Assembly: GCA_951406725.2 (NCBI GenBank)
Contig: OX597819.1
Location: 117,862,001 to 117,926,000, forward strand
Direction: 5' to 3'
DNA from: Octopus vulgaris
Taxonomy: Eukaryota
DNA length: 64,000 nt
The notes beneath the pieces were generated by a model. It made no database searches. It worked only from the letters and a program-made list of their open reading frames with translations, and had not been told where the DNA came from. Every line of letters begins with the position of its first letter. Positions within the stretch are counted from its first letter, which is position 1. Below are positions 1-13,024 of the stretch, one piece after another. The position numbers were made by a program, and so were the translations under genes.

Positions 1-5
1 GATAA

Positions 6-400
6 TACTCTTTTACTCTTTTACTTGTTTCAGTCATTTGACTGCGGCCATGCTCGAGCACCTTCTTTAATCGAGCAAATAGACCACGGGACTTATTCTT
101 TGTAAGCCCAGTACTTATTCTATCGGTCTCTTTTGCCGAACCGCTAGGTAACGGGGACGTAAACACACCACCATCGGTTGTCAAGCGTTGTTGGGGGGAC
201 AAACACAGACAAGCACACACATATAAATACATGTACATATATCCGACAGGCTTCTTTCAGTTTCCGTCTACCAAATCCACTCACAAGGCATTGGTCGGCC
301 CGAGGCTATAGCAGAAGACACTTGCCCAAGATGTCATGCAGTGGGACTGAACCCGGAACCATGTGATTGGTAATCAAGCTACTTACCACACAGCCACTCC
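6..400 (-). mobile_element. tRNA-type SINE, family A (near full length)
   Basis: Reverse complement matches the + copy at 23408-23815: 5' ggagtggctgtgtggtaag...ggttcagtccc (A/B-box like) and 3' tail (aagagta)n. Confidence 0.9.
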
Positions 401-1021
401 CAACATAACTTTTAAAATATATATGAAAAATGTATATACGGACAAATATTTTGCGCCTACATAATCATTTTATATTTTGTAAAATCCTCACAATGTATAT
501 TCAATGAATCAATTCACCGCTGTACTAGAGTAACGCCATCCTATATCCCCACCATTGACTTAAATTAATTTGTACCATTCTGTTACGTGAGTAATAAGTG
601 ATAACACTTCAAACTTACGCAAATAAAAGGATAAGAATGAAAAACAATTGTCAAAAGCAGTTAAAATGATGACATATACTGAAATACAACACGCATGCTA
701 AAAGCTTTGGGAAGCTATTCTTTGAATAGAGTCAATGCGTTCAGAAACACAATCTATAGTTTTTATCCCATTTCTTCCTTTGTTCTCTTGCAAGGTACCC
801 CATTCTGCAATTGGAAATATTTTTCATTTCATTTCCTGTCATTGTATTCAGTGTGAAACTTTCTTTCTTTCTCTCTCTCTCCCTCTCCCTCTCTTCCTCT
901 TTCCCATTTCCTCTCTCTCAATGCATGTATATATGCACTCACATATATACATACAAGTATATAAGCATATACTTGTGTGCATATATAAGCATATATGCAC
1001 ACACACACACATATATAGGTG

Positions 1022-1063
<42 letters not shown>

Positions 1064-1136
1064 TATATACACACATACTCACGCACACGCGCGCATAAAT
1101 ATATATATATATATATATGCTTCTTATATGTGTGTG

Positions 1137-1460
1137 AAGGTGCATATCTCAGTGCTTAGAGCATCGATCTTACGACCATGAAGTTGTGAGTTCCAATCCC
1201 GGACTGAGTTGCGTGTTGTGTTCTTGAGCAAGACAACTTATTTCAGTTCACTCAGCTGAAGAAATGAGTCGCGACGTAACAGGTGTCAAGCTGTATTGGC
1301 CCCTTTGCCTTACCCTTGGATGACACTGGTGACGTGGAGAGGGGAGGCCGGTATGCATGTGCGACTGCTGGTCTTCCATAAAGAACCTTGCCCACACTTG
1401 TGCCTTGGAGGGTAACTTTCTAGGAGCAATCACATGGTCATACGTGACCGGTGGTCTCCG
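1137..1460 (+). mobile_element. tRNA-type SINE, family B
   Basis: tRNA-like head followed by the shared core gttgtgttcttgagcaagaca...cactcagctg, also seen at 3290, 8780, 11551 and 15485. Confidence 0.8.
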
Positions 1461-1957
1461 ACTATATGTGTGTGTATAAGTTAATATATATATATATATA
1501 TATATTTACCCACCTGTGCTCAGATACATCAACCAATTTCCTGCAAGCGAGCGCATACGAAATAAAATAAGTTTAAATCGTATGACCAACTCACCCCATT
1601 TATACACACACACACACACACACACACATACACACACACACACACTTATATGCATAAACACACTAGTTTTTTTTTTTTTTTTTTCTTTGAGTGTATAATT
1701 CTCTCTCCTTTATCTCTCCATTTTTATCTCTCACACTTTTTTTCTTCACCGAGTACTTTCCCCTTTTACGTAGTCACACATACTCACAGTATGTGAAGAC
1801 CATCGGATGAACTTCTTTTTGTGGCTTCAATCATTAAATCCCACACTATAAAATATGGGGAATACAATATGTTGCTAGAACCTGGTGGTATCTCTCGAAT
1901 TAATGAGAAACAAGCACCAATTATTAAATGTTCTCCTTATAATTTATAAGATATACA

Positions 1958-2390
1958 TTCCTACACTAGACACAAGGCCCAAAATTTTGTGGGTGGAGGC
2001 CAGTCGTTTAGACCGACACCAGTACTCAACTTGTACGTAAATTATACACTCCGAAAGGATGAAATGCAAAATCGACCGCGGTGGAGTTTGAACTCAGAAC
2101 ATAAAGACAGACCCCAGTGCGTAACTGGGGTTAGAACGTAACGGTAGAGGAAATACCTATTTCTTTACTATCCACAAGGGGCTAAACACAGACAGGACAA
2201 ACAAGGACAGACAAACGGATTAAGTCGATTATATCGACCCCAGTGCGTAACTGGTACTTATTTAATCGACCCCGAAAGGATGAAAGGCAAAGTCAACCTC
2301 AGTGGTATTTGAACTCAGAACGTAACGGCAGGCGAAATACCGCGAAGCATTTCGTCCGCCGTGCTAAAGATTCGGCCAGATAGTCATCCT
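1958..2390 (-). mobile_element. SINE family C, two tandem/nested copies
   Basis: Two copies of ccgaaaggatgaaa.gcaaa.tc..cc...gg..tttgaactcagaac; the same arrangement recurs at 62971-63345. Confidence 0.85.
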
Positions 2391-2416
2391 ATTTTTAATT
2401 TATATTATATAAGCAA

Positions 2417-2760
2417 AGGCGTTACAGTATGGTATGTAGATTGCTTCTCAACCACATGGCTCCGGGTTCAGTCCCACCGCACGTGGACTTGATATCGGAC
2501 ACTGAAATACGTCAGTCGTATATGCACATAGGAATGTTTGTGTGTGTGTATGTGTGTGTGTGTGTGTGTGTGTGCGTGCGTGTGTGATTGACCTCTCCAC
2601 ATCTTGACAACCAGCCTTGGTTTGTTCACCGCGTATATTAGCGGTTCGACATAATATATCTATTAAATACGTTCTAGGCTTAAAAGATTAAATATTAGAT
2701 TTGATTTGTTCGTCTAGAACTTGCACAGCCTGAGTGAATTCCGCGGACTGAACGAATTAG
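2417..2760 (+). mobile_element. SINE family A, diverged partial copy
   Basis: aaccacatggctccgggttcagtccca head and ttgacaacc...gcggttcg body. Confidence 0.7.
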
Positions 2761-3055
2761 AAGATACAATTACAACGCCTATATTTGCAACGCTTAGACA
2801 CAGAAACACACACAAGTTCACAGACACAGAGGCACATACACACAATCACGCAGACACACACACTCACGCAGACACATACACACTCGCACGCAGACACACA
2901 AACACACCTACAAATCGACTAAATTTAAAAGCTGACTAATACTACCGATACGAAATGTTTCACTTATCATTTGAGGATGAACAATATCTTCGTAAATGCA
3001 AGGTTATTCTGCTTCCCATAGATACCAATGCTTAACTGACTGCTTACGTATACGC

Positions 3056-4034
3056 TAGGGTGGAGTAAAAATAAAACATTGTAAAAGTGGAAAATGACTG
3101 AGGGGTAAAATTTTGCTATATTTAATTCCTAGAAATATTTTCGCTGCGATCAATTGAGAGCATTTACTTCATCACGTCCCTTAAACTCCGAAATAGGGGA
3201 TTTTTGAAATTTAAAAAAAATAGCGGATGTTCGGGTGTCTGAGGAAAAAAATGCATTTGATTGATCTAAGCCAAAAGTTTGCATTTTTCAAGTAGTGGCT
3301 TAGTGGTTAGTCCATTCGTCTCACGATTGTAAGGTCGTGATTTCGATTCCCGGCGACGCGTTGTGTCCCTGAGCAAGACACTCAATTTCACGTTGCTCCA
3401 GTCCACTCAGCTGGCAAAAATGAGTAGTACCTGCATTTCATAGGGCCAGCCTTGTCACATTCTGTGTCATGCTGAAATTCCCTGAGAACTACGTTAAGGG
3501 TACACGTGTCTGTGGAGTGCTCAGTCACTTCACGTTAATTTCACGAGCAATGTGTTCCCTTGATCGTATCAGCTGGGACCATCGTCGTCGTAACCGACGG
3601 AGTGCTCCTATATACTAAGATTCTAGGCCTTAGGTATCTCAGTTTCTCAATTTTTTTTCATTCCACTATAACGCACATGCATGTATGTGCGGGTATTTCG
3701 ATTGTGTAATCTAGGCTAGAGTGAAAAAAAAGATATGAGGAAATTGTAAGTGCCTGTGACCTAAATTATTGCTGTATATTATTACGAGAAAAATGCAAAA
3801 TTATAGCTTAGACCAGCCAAGGGACGTTTACTCCCTCAAATACACCAAACTCTGCTACTGTAAAAAATATACAAAAATCCCCTTTTTTCGATGTTTAAGG
3901 CGTTTGAGGACTCCCTCAAAATCTCTTGATTGATCTCAGCGAAAATTTAGCATTTTTCTAGAAATCAAATAAAGCAACATTTTCATTCTCAGCCTTTTTC
4001 AATTTCCACAATCTCTTATTTTCACCCCAACTTA
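3056..4034. mobile_element. Old non-autonomous DNA transposon/MITE with long degenerate inverted repeats
   Basis: 3056-3290 is a diverged reverse complement of 3788-4034 (ggggatttttg/caaaaatcccc; tttgcatttt/aaaatgcaaa; ttttcgctgcgatcaatt/ttgatctcagcgaaaa). Confidence 0.7.
3290..3608 (+). mobile_element. SINE family B nested in the MITE
   Basis: gtggcttagtggttag A-box, tttcgattccc B-box, family core, 3' gtcgtaaccgacggagtgc. Confidence 0.88.
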
Positions 4035-5177
4035 ATATATACATCATCCCTTACTCTTATACATATTGCTAAATGTTGCCTTTGAAGGCGTATGTTTGTG
4101 TATGTGCCAATAGCCTTCATACGTGTGTGAGTGCATGTACGTTTGTGAATGTGCCATTAACCTTGATACGTAGGTGACTGCACCTACTAGCTGAATTCGT
4201 TTGAATTCCTTTCTATTATTTTATTACGCGCATAATTTTTTCTTCTTTCAACAGCGTATGAGTTTGCTTATACCACTGTAATATAATAAATACTTATCGG
4301 TAACAAATATTACTTCTATCTCGATGACAAAGGGAATCGTTTCTATACAGGTTTTATTAATTGGGAATTAAACAACACGTCGCTGTTTCATCGCAGTCTG
4401 ATAAATAATTTACCCATTATATCTCAAACGGAAAGGAAGAAAAAATTACAGTTCATGTTGGTGGGTCACTAACGGCACGACAATTATCTCTATACATCAG
4501 TCACTTTCCACCTCTCATTTTTTCCTTTTCCTCTAAAAGTGTAGCTCATGTGTTCTCCCGAAGTTATTGATATTTGAGAGAGAATTATATTTTTGCTATT
4601 TATTGTTTGCTTTCTCTTTGCTATGCTGGATACCTTGTGAGTGTTCTCCACATAGGGAACATTGTACGCTGTTGTAATCCCGTTATTTGACATTAATTAT
4701 TATATTTTGCGTACAAATATTCTGATTATACTGTAGTATATGTATAGGTGAGAGTAAGGGAAATAGAATGTAGATAGCTATCGTCACATAGAGAGCTGTT
4801 TGTATTCATTTGAAAGAAGTTTGCTGTATCATATATTAATAATCACGATAAATTAAAACCTACACTGCTGAGAATATACAATGTGACGCACTCCAAAGCA
4901 AGTTATTTTTGTCGTGATACATTAGAAATAAACGGAAAATTATCGATGGTAATTTTTAAAAATATAAATCAAAATATCTTGAAACATAAATGGAAAATGC
5001 ACATAGATAGCGGTTGTTGTTTCACAACATGCATGAAAAGTAACACACCAATATTTATAATCAGAAAATGTCACCTGTTTCGAATCCATTCAAACATTTT
5101 ATAATGTGAAATATCCGATAAGACCGACGGTATCAATGTTGCATTATTGAGACAATAATATTTTCAATTTAAGCATT

Positions 5178-5178
5178 A

Positions 5179-5273
<95 letters not shown>

Positions 5274-5823
5274 GGCAGTGGCTCTCGTGGCTTCTGATCT
5301 TAACTGATTGGAAGTGTTATCATGTACATTATTTTGTCTTGGTATAAAAGATGAGCTACAGCAAATATTCTGCTCAATACCACAGATTTGCTTGTCAGTC
5401 GCTTGACCATTACCAGTTGAGCATGTCTCGTAGTAGCTGACGATATGCGCATCTCTGATCACGAGCAGACGTCGTGGGGGAGCATCATAGCCTTGTGTTC
5501 AGAGGGATTGTTTGGGGTTTGAATAATTCACTTCTGGAAACATGGGTGGTTCTTTCGACATCCTCAAACAACCCTTATTCAGGGACCTTTTGAGCGGGAT
5601 GGGCTACTCAACCTGAAGAAAATTCTAACTGGGCCCCACCTGCAAGGTCATGTGCTGTTTATCTTGATATGAGATCACCATGTCGCGCACATATGGTTGT
5701 GATGCATGTGCCTGGTGTACCCTTATCAGACGGGTAGTCATGATGGGTAAATTGGGCTTCGCATATTTTACCCCAGTGTCACTTTGATGGCATGAACCGC
5801 TCTCTCACTCAATAATAATAATG

Positions 5824-5892
<69 letters not shown>

Positions 5893-6439
5893 GTAACAAT
5901 AACAATAATAATACCAGGCAGTGGGTCTCGTGGCTTCTCATCTTAACTGATTGGAAGTGTTATCATGTACATTATTTTGTCTTGTTATAAAAGATGAGCT
6001 ACAGCAAATATTCTGCTCAATACCACAGATTTGCTTTTCAGTCGTTTGAGCATGTCTCGTAGTAGCTGAAAATATGAGCATCTCTGGTCACGAGCAGACG
6101 TCGTGGGGGAGCATCATAGTCCTGTGTTGAGAGGGATTGTTTGGTGTTTGAATAATTCACCCCTGAAAACATAGGTGTTTCGTTCAACATGCTTAAAGAA
6201 CTCTTATTAAGGGACCTTTTGAGTGGGATGGGTTACTCGACAAGAAGAAAATTCTAACTGGACCCCACCTACAAGGTCATGTGCTGTTTATCTTGATATG
6301 AGATGACCATGTCGCACACATATGGTTGTGATGCATGTGCCAAGTGTACCCTTATCAGACGGGTAGTCCTGATGTGTATACTGGGCTTCGTATATTTTAC
6401 CCCATTGTGTCTTTGATGACATGCACTGCTCTCTCACTC

Positions 6440-6535
<96 letters not shown>

Positions 6536-6590
6536 TATAATAATATAATAAAATAATAATAATAATAACAATAATAATGATGATGATAAT
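5178..6590 (+). mobile_element. Two ~530 bp retroelement 3'-end units (5274-5810, 5917-6440) embedded in (AAT)n tracts; possibly Dong/R4-type
   Basis: Both units start ggcagtgg and end ctctctcactc directly into (AAT)n; they are clearly homologous but diverged. Dong/R4 LINEs are known to target TAA repeats; the family call is inference. Confidence 0.7.
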
Positions 6591-6599
6591 AATACTGGC

Positions 6600-6787
6600 T
6601 ATTATTGGTACAAGGCCTACAGTTTTCGGGGAGGGGATTGTCGATTACATTGACCCCCAATGCTCAACTGGTACTTATTTTATCCGCTCCGAAATGATGA
6701 ATGGCAAAGTCGGAGGAGTTTGATCACAGACGAAATACCACTAAGCATCTCACCCGAGGCACTAACGATTCTGTCAGCTCACCGCCT
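6600..6787 (-). mobile_element. SINE family C
   Basis: caactggtacttatttt...gaaatgatgaatggcaaagtc...gacgaaatacc...cagctcaccgcc. Confidence 0.75.
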
Positions 6788-7304
6788 AATATATGTATGT
6801 AAATAGAATGACATATATAGACACATCCGTGCACACATTCCCACATACTCACATGCACACACATATATGACTTTGTACACTTAAATGTATGTAGATAATA
6901 TGTGCGAGAAGCCGTATACGTTGTGTTTTATCTCAAAAGTGTATAAGTATATTTGTCTACTCGACTGTTAGATGGCAACATTTATAACTATACAACTTAT
7001 CTCTAGATGTCTTCTTTTATTATTGTTGATTTGATTGTGCACCAGACTGTAATATTTGACATATTCCTTTCGCCAATTTTATTCTGTTGCCGTCATCACT
7101 CACCTTCACCGACTACACAGGCGTGAAAATAATACGGTATTGATGAAGGGCCTGCAACGTACTTTGGTTAGAATGATGTCATCTAGAATTATATATTAAA
7201 TTACATAGAAAAATGTATTTCCGAGAAGAAACTGAATTAAGTGTTGTCTAAAAGTTGCTAGATAGCCTGTCTTGTAATTTAGATTGCTTTATTTAAGAAA
7301 CTCA

Positions 7305-7720
<416 letters not shown>

Positions 7721-8779
7721 TATGCGGATGTATGTATGCAAGGGCACATGTACACATAATGGTATATGTATATACATGCATATACGTAATCAATATTCTA
7801 TTCGGAATAACGTGTGTGTACGTGCATATATATGTGTGTTTGTTTGTGTAAGTGAACGTGTGGATGTGTCACTAATACACATTCACGAACACACACACGC
7901 ACACCACACATTCACACTGAACACACACAAATATATGCATGTATGTGTTTATGTATACACACCTAGTATATGCTTATGTTTCTGGCAACGTACATGCGCA
8001 TTATGCAAACGACACTACCGTCTAAGCAGACACAGATTCACACTTAAAGACATTCACACACACACGCATACATTTGTATAATGTAATATCTACTTTGGCT
8101 TCCAATTCTAGATTTATAGCCGTTCAACTTTTTGTAGACTTGCGTGCGTTTGTAAATTAAATATCACCATTTGATTACTGCATAAATTCACTAGCTACCG
8201 AGTCAGATATTGCTCCAAAAATCTGCTGCAAGAATCTTATCTTAAATTAGTTTTACTTGAAATTCTGGTGTTGGCGACCCTCTTGACACGGGTCACTAAG
8301 TTTATAGTCGATTTCAGATATATTGGTTTTTGTCTTGGATATTTTTGGAACAGTTATAACGTCCTGCGCAATATCATATTGAGATATTTTCTATTTGTTT
8401 TAGGTTATTATCTTTGTAGAATCACGAGGCTTCAAGCTACAAAAGATATTACTGTTTTCGCCTTGTCAAATTTATTGTCGGTTTTGATGATAAAGTGCAG
8501 CATATCGCAAGTGAACAAACGTCTTGCTTTCTGGACTTGCTGTGTATGGTCCAAGTTCATTCGCTATCAAAGGCACTTGTTCTTGTAGCTTTAATATTTT
8601 ATTGCAATTAATTATATATCACGTATTACCATACATTAAATGAAAAATGGCTGTTACGCTGCTTTCGCTAACACCACAAAGGTATAATTTGTTTTAATTG
8701 AACCAAAGTTTAATCTTTGAAATTTGTAACAGTTATACTTGAAACAATCTCAATGCATTTCAATATTCTTCTTCTTCGG

Positions 8780-9019
8780 CCTTTTAAAGTCTAGCCAGGC
8801 TGATGGGTCCGGTTTCACGGTTTCAATGGCGTATGTGTTCCCCTGCTGGACGGGACGCTAGTCCATCGCAGCGTTACTCATTTTTGCCAGCTGAGTGGAC
8901 TGGAGCAACATGAAATGGAGTGTTTTGCTCAAGAAGACAACGCGTCGCCCGGTCTAGGAATCGAAACAACAATCTTACGATCATGATGCTGACACCCTAA
9001 CCACTAAGCCACATGCCTC
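8780..9019 (-). mobile_element. SINE family B (subtype shared with 11551-11790)
   Basis: cagctgagtggactggagcaac...ggaatcgaaac...ccctaaccactaagccac. Confidence 0.88.
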
Positions 9020-10056
9020 AAAAAATTCAATATTAGATACTAAGATATCTTAGATGAAAGTCTCTGGATGGTTTTGCTGTTTCGAAAAATTTTCTTACAC
9101 TTGAGTAAAATGTGTCGCTAAAAATCAATATAATTTTAGCTATAATGGAAATGAAGACTCCTGTTTTTGAAATAAGAAGATATAAAAATTAACACAAATT
9201 TAGTATATGAAGCTTAGGATGCCATATAATTTAAGTAACAAAATTTATTTAAATGCTACATTGCAAGGTATTCTCATTTCATAAGATTTCCCTACACTAG
9301 CATAATGTTTCTTATGCAATATACTAAACACCATGATCACTAGTAAACATTATTGCACTCCTAGTCAATGATTATCTACTTTCTTGTTTGGAACGCATGC
9401 TGAATTTTATGTTTGTTTCAGAAGATATACTGCCGAATTATATGTGAAGCAATATCACTTATATATTTGCCGAATTGCTGAAATAATAGTAACGTAGGTT
9501 CTAAATTGGATTTTCCCCAACATATAATTATGCTTAATTACCTTCTTTATGACATTAGAGCCAAGTGCCAACAATAACATAACTGTTAAAATTTTAACGG
9601 TATTCTGATGTATTTCTCATTGACCTAGGAATATGGAAAAGCAATATTGATCATCGATCAAACATAACTTTGTAATTTTGGAAACTAATTAAATGATGAT
9701 TAGTTAAGCGTTAATGACAAAAGAATTTCTTTTACACAACACACAAACGCACCCACACACGCGCATATATATGACGTTAAATCAAAATACAGACTTATCC
9801 ATATAACTGCGGGTGTGGTGATATGAGATAATATCAAACCTCAATATTCGAATATACAAATATATCTATAAATTAAAGATTAAAGATTAGAATTTCAACA
9901 AAATTAAATTAACTTTTAGAAATGGTGTATGCAAAATTGCGTGAAAATTAATATGAAAAGAAATAAATCAATTGTTCGTAGCTCTAATTTTTACAAGTTT
10001 ATCGACTCATATCGGCATAAGACACAACTATCAAATGATTCTGGTTTTATTTTCTA

Positions 10057-10448
10057 CTAGCAGTATCGCCCGGCGTTGCTCGGGTTTGTAAGGGAAATAA
10101 CTATATAATCATTTTTAGAGATGTAAAGTATAATAGCCATCTCAATATGGCTAACAACATAGTGGTGTTACTGTAGCTTTTTACGTTCTGAGATTTAATA
10201 CTAAATTTTTAGAGAGTTACTTCCCTTATATATGCCAAAAATGCATTAAAAATGGGAACAATTGATGGTAATTTTTTTTTAAATCGTAGACTCATCGTAG
10301 ACGCGTGATAATACCCAGAAGGGCTCGATATGAATCACGACTATAAGATACCCGGCTTTGGTTAAACTGCACCGCAAAATTTGGGAGTAGTTAGGAATCT
10401 AAATCGTAGGAGACAGACAGCACACCACCTCACTTTTATATATAAAGA
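10057..10448 (-). mobile_element. Non-autonomous Helitron
   Basis: On the minus strand: 5' TC start (tctttatatataaaagtg), subterminal hairpin cccgagcaacgccggg, 3' CTAG, inserted between A and T with no TSD. Confidence 0.85.
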
Positions 10449-11496
10449 TATGTTTTAGAATAAGTGTCAATTTGATATTCTTAATCTATTTGTACGTGAG
10501 ATATAACTCCTGTACGCATTTTGAAATTTGTAATCTCAATTGGAAAAAGATTTGTTCGAATATTACTCCATTGAGATGTCATTTACATCTTGGGAAATCC
10601 TAAAAAATGATATCGAGAACTGAGACTGTGTTCCAATTAACAGCCAGTTCATTTGGCGAATCATCTGTTTCGACGTGATATCAACCACTTCATATAAACT
10701 TCAATTTGCTAATTATAAATGGCATTCGGAGCAAGTGAATCAATATTTTTGATATTCTTCTCATTTATACTTGAATTCCACAAAGGTAGAACAAAGAAAT
10801 AAGTGACTTTATATAACCCCACTCAAAATTTTGTTTCCATTGTTTCCTTTTCTTTATTGGAAAAAAAGTATTAGTACTAGTTTTAGTAAAAAGAGATCCA
10901 AAACTTGGGAATTTGCTGCTAAAGAACATAGCCACCATCATCAAGCACATTTGTGCTTATCTTGTATCTTCATCGACAATCCAAATTATAGATGCGGCAT
11001 AGTTTTATTATTCTAAAGATCTGAAGAAGTATCATGAAAAATATGTCAATTGTTTTCCTATTAGATTTTTTTTCTATTTTCGTTTTGTTATTACTGTCCA
11101 ATGTGATGCAGTTATACGCACAAAGTGTATTCTTTGAGTTTGTGCATTATTAGAGATTTCTCCTCTGAAGATAGGTAAATGAAAAGCTATCTATTATAAT
11201 GCGACAATAAACGTATGAGTGAGATGACTACGCAGCAACTTAGCATAGGCTGATTGTTTTATATTAAAACAACTACTGAGAAAACTGAAGTTTAACCACC
11301 TAATGTATTTTCACGTTAAGATATATAAACGTGTTCGTCCTGCGAAACATAAAAAAAAATCTAGGACGTCAATTTTGCATGTGTGTAGATAATTGTGTGC
11401 GTCTGTGTATGAAAGAGGAGATGCTATTTACATTTTAAATGTCTGTTGGTTATAGCAATGAGGTGAAATGTTTACCTGGATGTTATAAATACAGTT

Positions 11497-11549
<53 letters not shown>

Positions 11550-11550
11550 C

Positions 11551-11790
11551 GCCCTTTTAAAGCCTAGCCTGACTCATGGGCCCGCTTTCCCGATTTCAAT
11601 GGCGTATGTGTTCCCCAGCAGGACGGGACGCCAGTCCATCGCAGCATTACTCATTTCTATCAGCTGAGTGGACTGGAGCAACGTGAAATTAAGTATTTCG
11701 CTCAAGAAGACAACGCGTCGCCCGGTCCAGGAATCGAAACCACAATGTTACGATCATGATGCTGACACCTAACCACTAACCACATTCCTC
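11551..11790 (-). mobile_element. SINE family B
   Basis: Near copy of 8780-9019. Confidence 0.88.
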
Positions 11791-11885
11791 CACACACGCA
11801 CATACATACACAAATACATACCTACGTACATAATACATACATACATTCATACATATATATATAAATCTATGTGTGCGTATACGTA

Positions 11886-12640
11886 TACTGTGTCCAGTGA
11901 ATAAATCGTCGTCTAAAGTACGGAAAAATGAAAATTTATACTGACATCCCATTTTAAGACATATATATACCAAAATAACATAACTACATCTTCCAATACT
12001 AAAGAGTAAATCTATTCAATAAGATCGCCATTGGCTTCAACCACAGCCTCCAGACGACTTCGGAATTTCCTGTAAATCTTCTGTACTGTCTCGTAGTTAA
12101 ATTGCTGAATGTTGCCATAATCCTTGCCTTCAGATCATCTTTGCTGTTACAAGGAGCTTTGTTGGTCTCTCGCTCCACTGCGTCCCACACATAATAATGA
12201 AGGGGTTGTTGTCAGGCTAGTTAGGAGGCCAGATGTGTGATGTGGTCGCAGAAAATCTCTGACAACCATGACTGGTATCTCCTGCTTGTGTGGCACGGTG
12301 CAGAGTCCTGTTGCCAGACATAGGACCTACGAGCAGTCGCCTTCTTGATACATGACATCACTACCTCCTCCAGACACATAATGTAGGCCTCCGTATTGAG
12401 TCTGATGCTGTGTGGGATGATGGAGGGAGGCATAACGTCGTCATCACTAGCGATCTTTCCAAATATCATGGTGTTTACTGGATGTTTGATTTTTATCAAA
12501 CTCAGTACATGTTCTAAGGACGCTGCAAGGCAACAGTTATTGTGTGTGTTCACCATTTGATCCTGGCAGAAAATTTTCTCGTCTGAGGAAAACCAAATCA
12601 TGTTCGGTTGGAGTGAAAGTGTGTGTTTTCTCAAAAGCTA
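11886..12640 (-). pseudogene. Tc1/mariner-superfamily (maT/DD37D-like) transposase 3' remnant
   Basis: FSSDEKIF, WQQDSAPCH, frameshifted WPPN.PD.NPL and VWDAVERETN. Spacing is near DD37D once a small deletion is allowed. Confidence 0.85.
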
Positions 12641-12991
12641 CAAAGCTTTTGAGAAAATTCTAATCATTTGGTTAAAGCCTACAACAAATATCATTATTTT
12701 AAGTATATGGGACAGTACCTCTTTAGGTTTATGATGAGTTTATATAATTAAGGTTAACATATTTCCTTTGAAGGATGTATACAGAATACTAATAAGTGCA
12801 AGAAGTTAAATCCTATATATAGTAAGTATATGCAGGAGTTGAGCTGTATATATTCGTGAATATGCCATATAGCACAAAATAGATGAAGTAAACAATAAAT
12901 AAAAATAAAAACAAAAACGTAAAAGAATAAAGGTAAAGGAAGAAGATAAGGATTTGAATAAAATCAGTAATAGATAGATTGAAAGGAGAGG

Positions 12992-13020
<29 letters not shown>

Positions 13021-13024
<4 letters not shown>

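Noticed and set aside
10868-11002. RDPKLGNLLL resembling a kinase catalytic loop
   Set aside because: No His before RD, no DFG downstream and no clear splice signals; likely chance.
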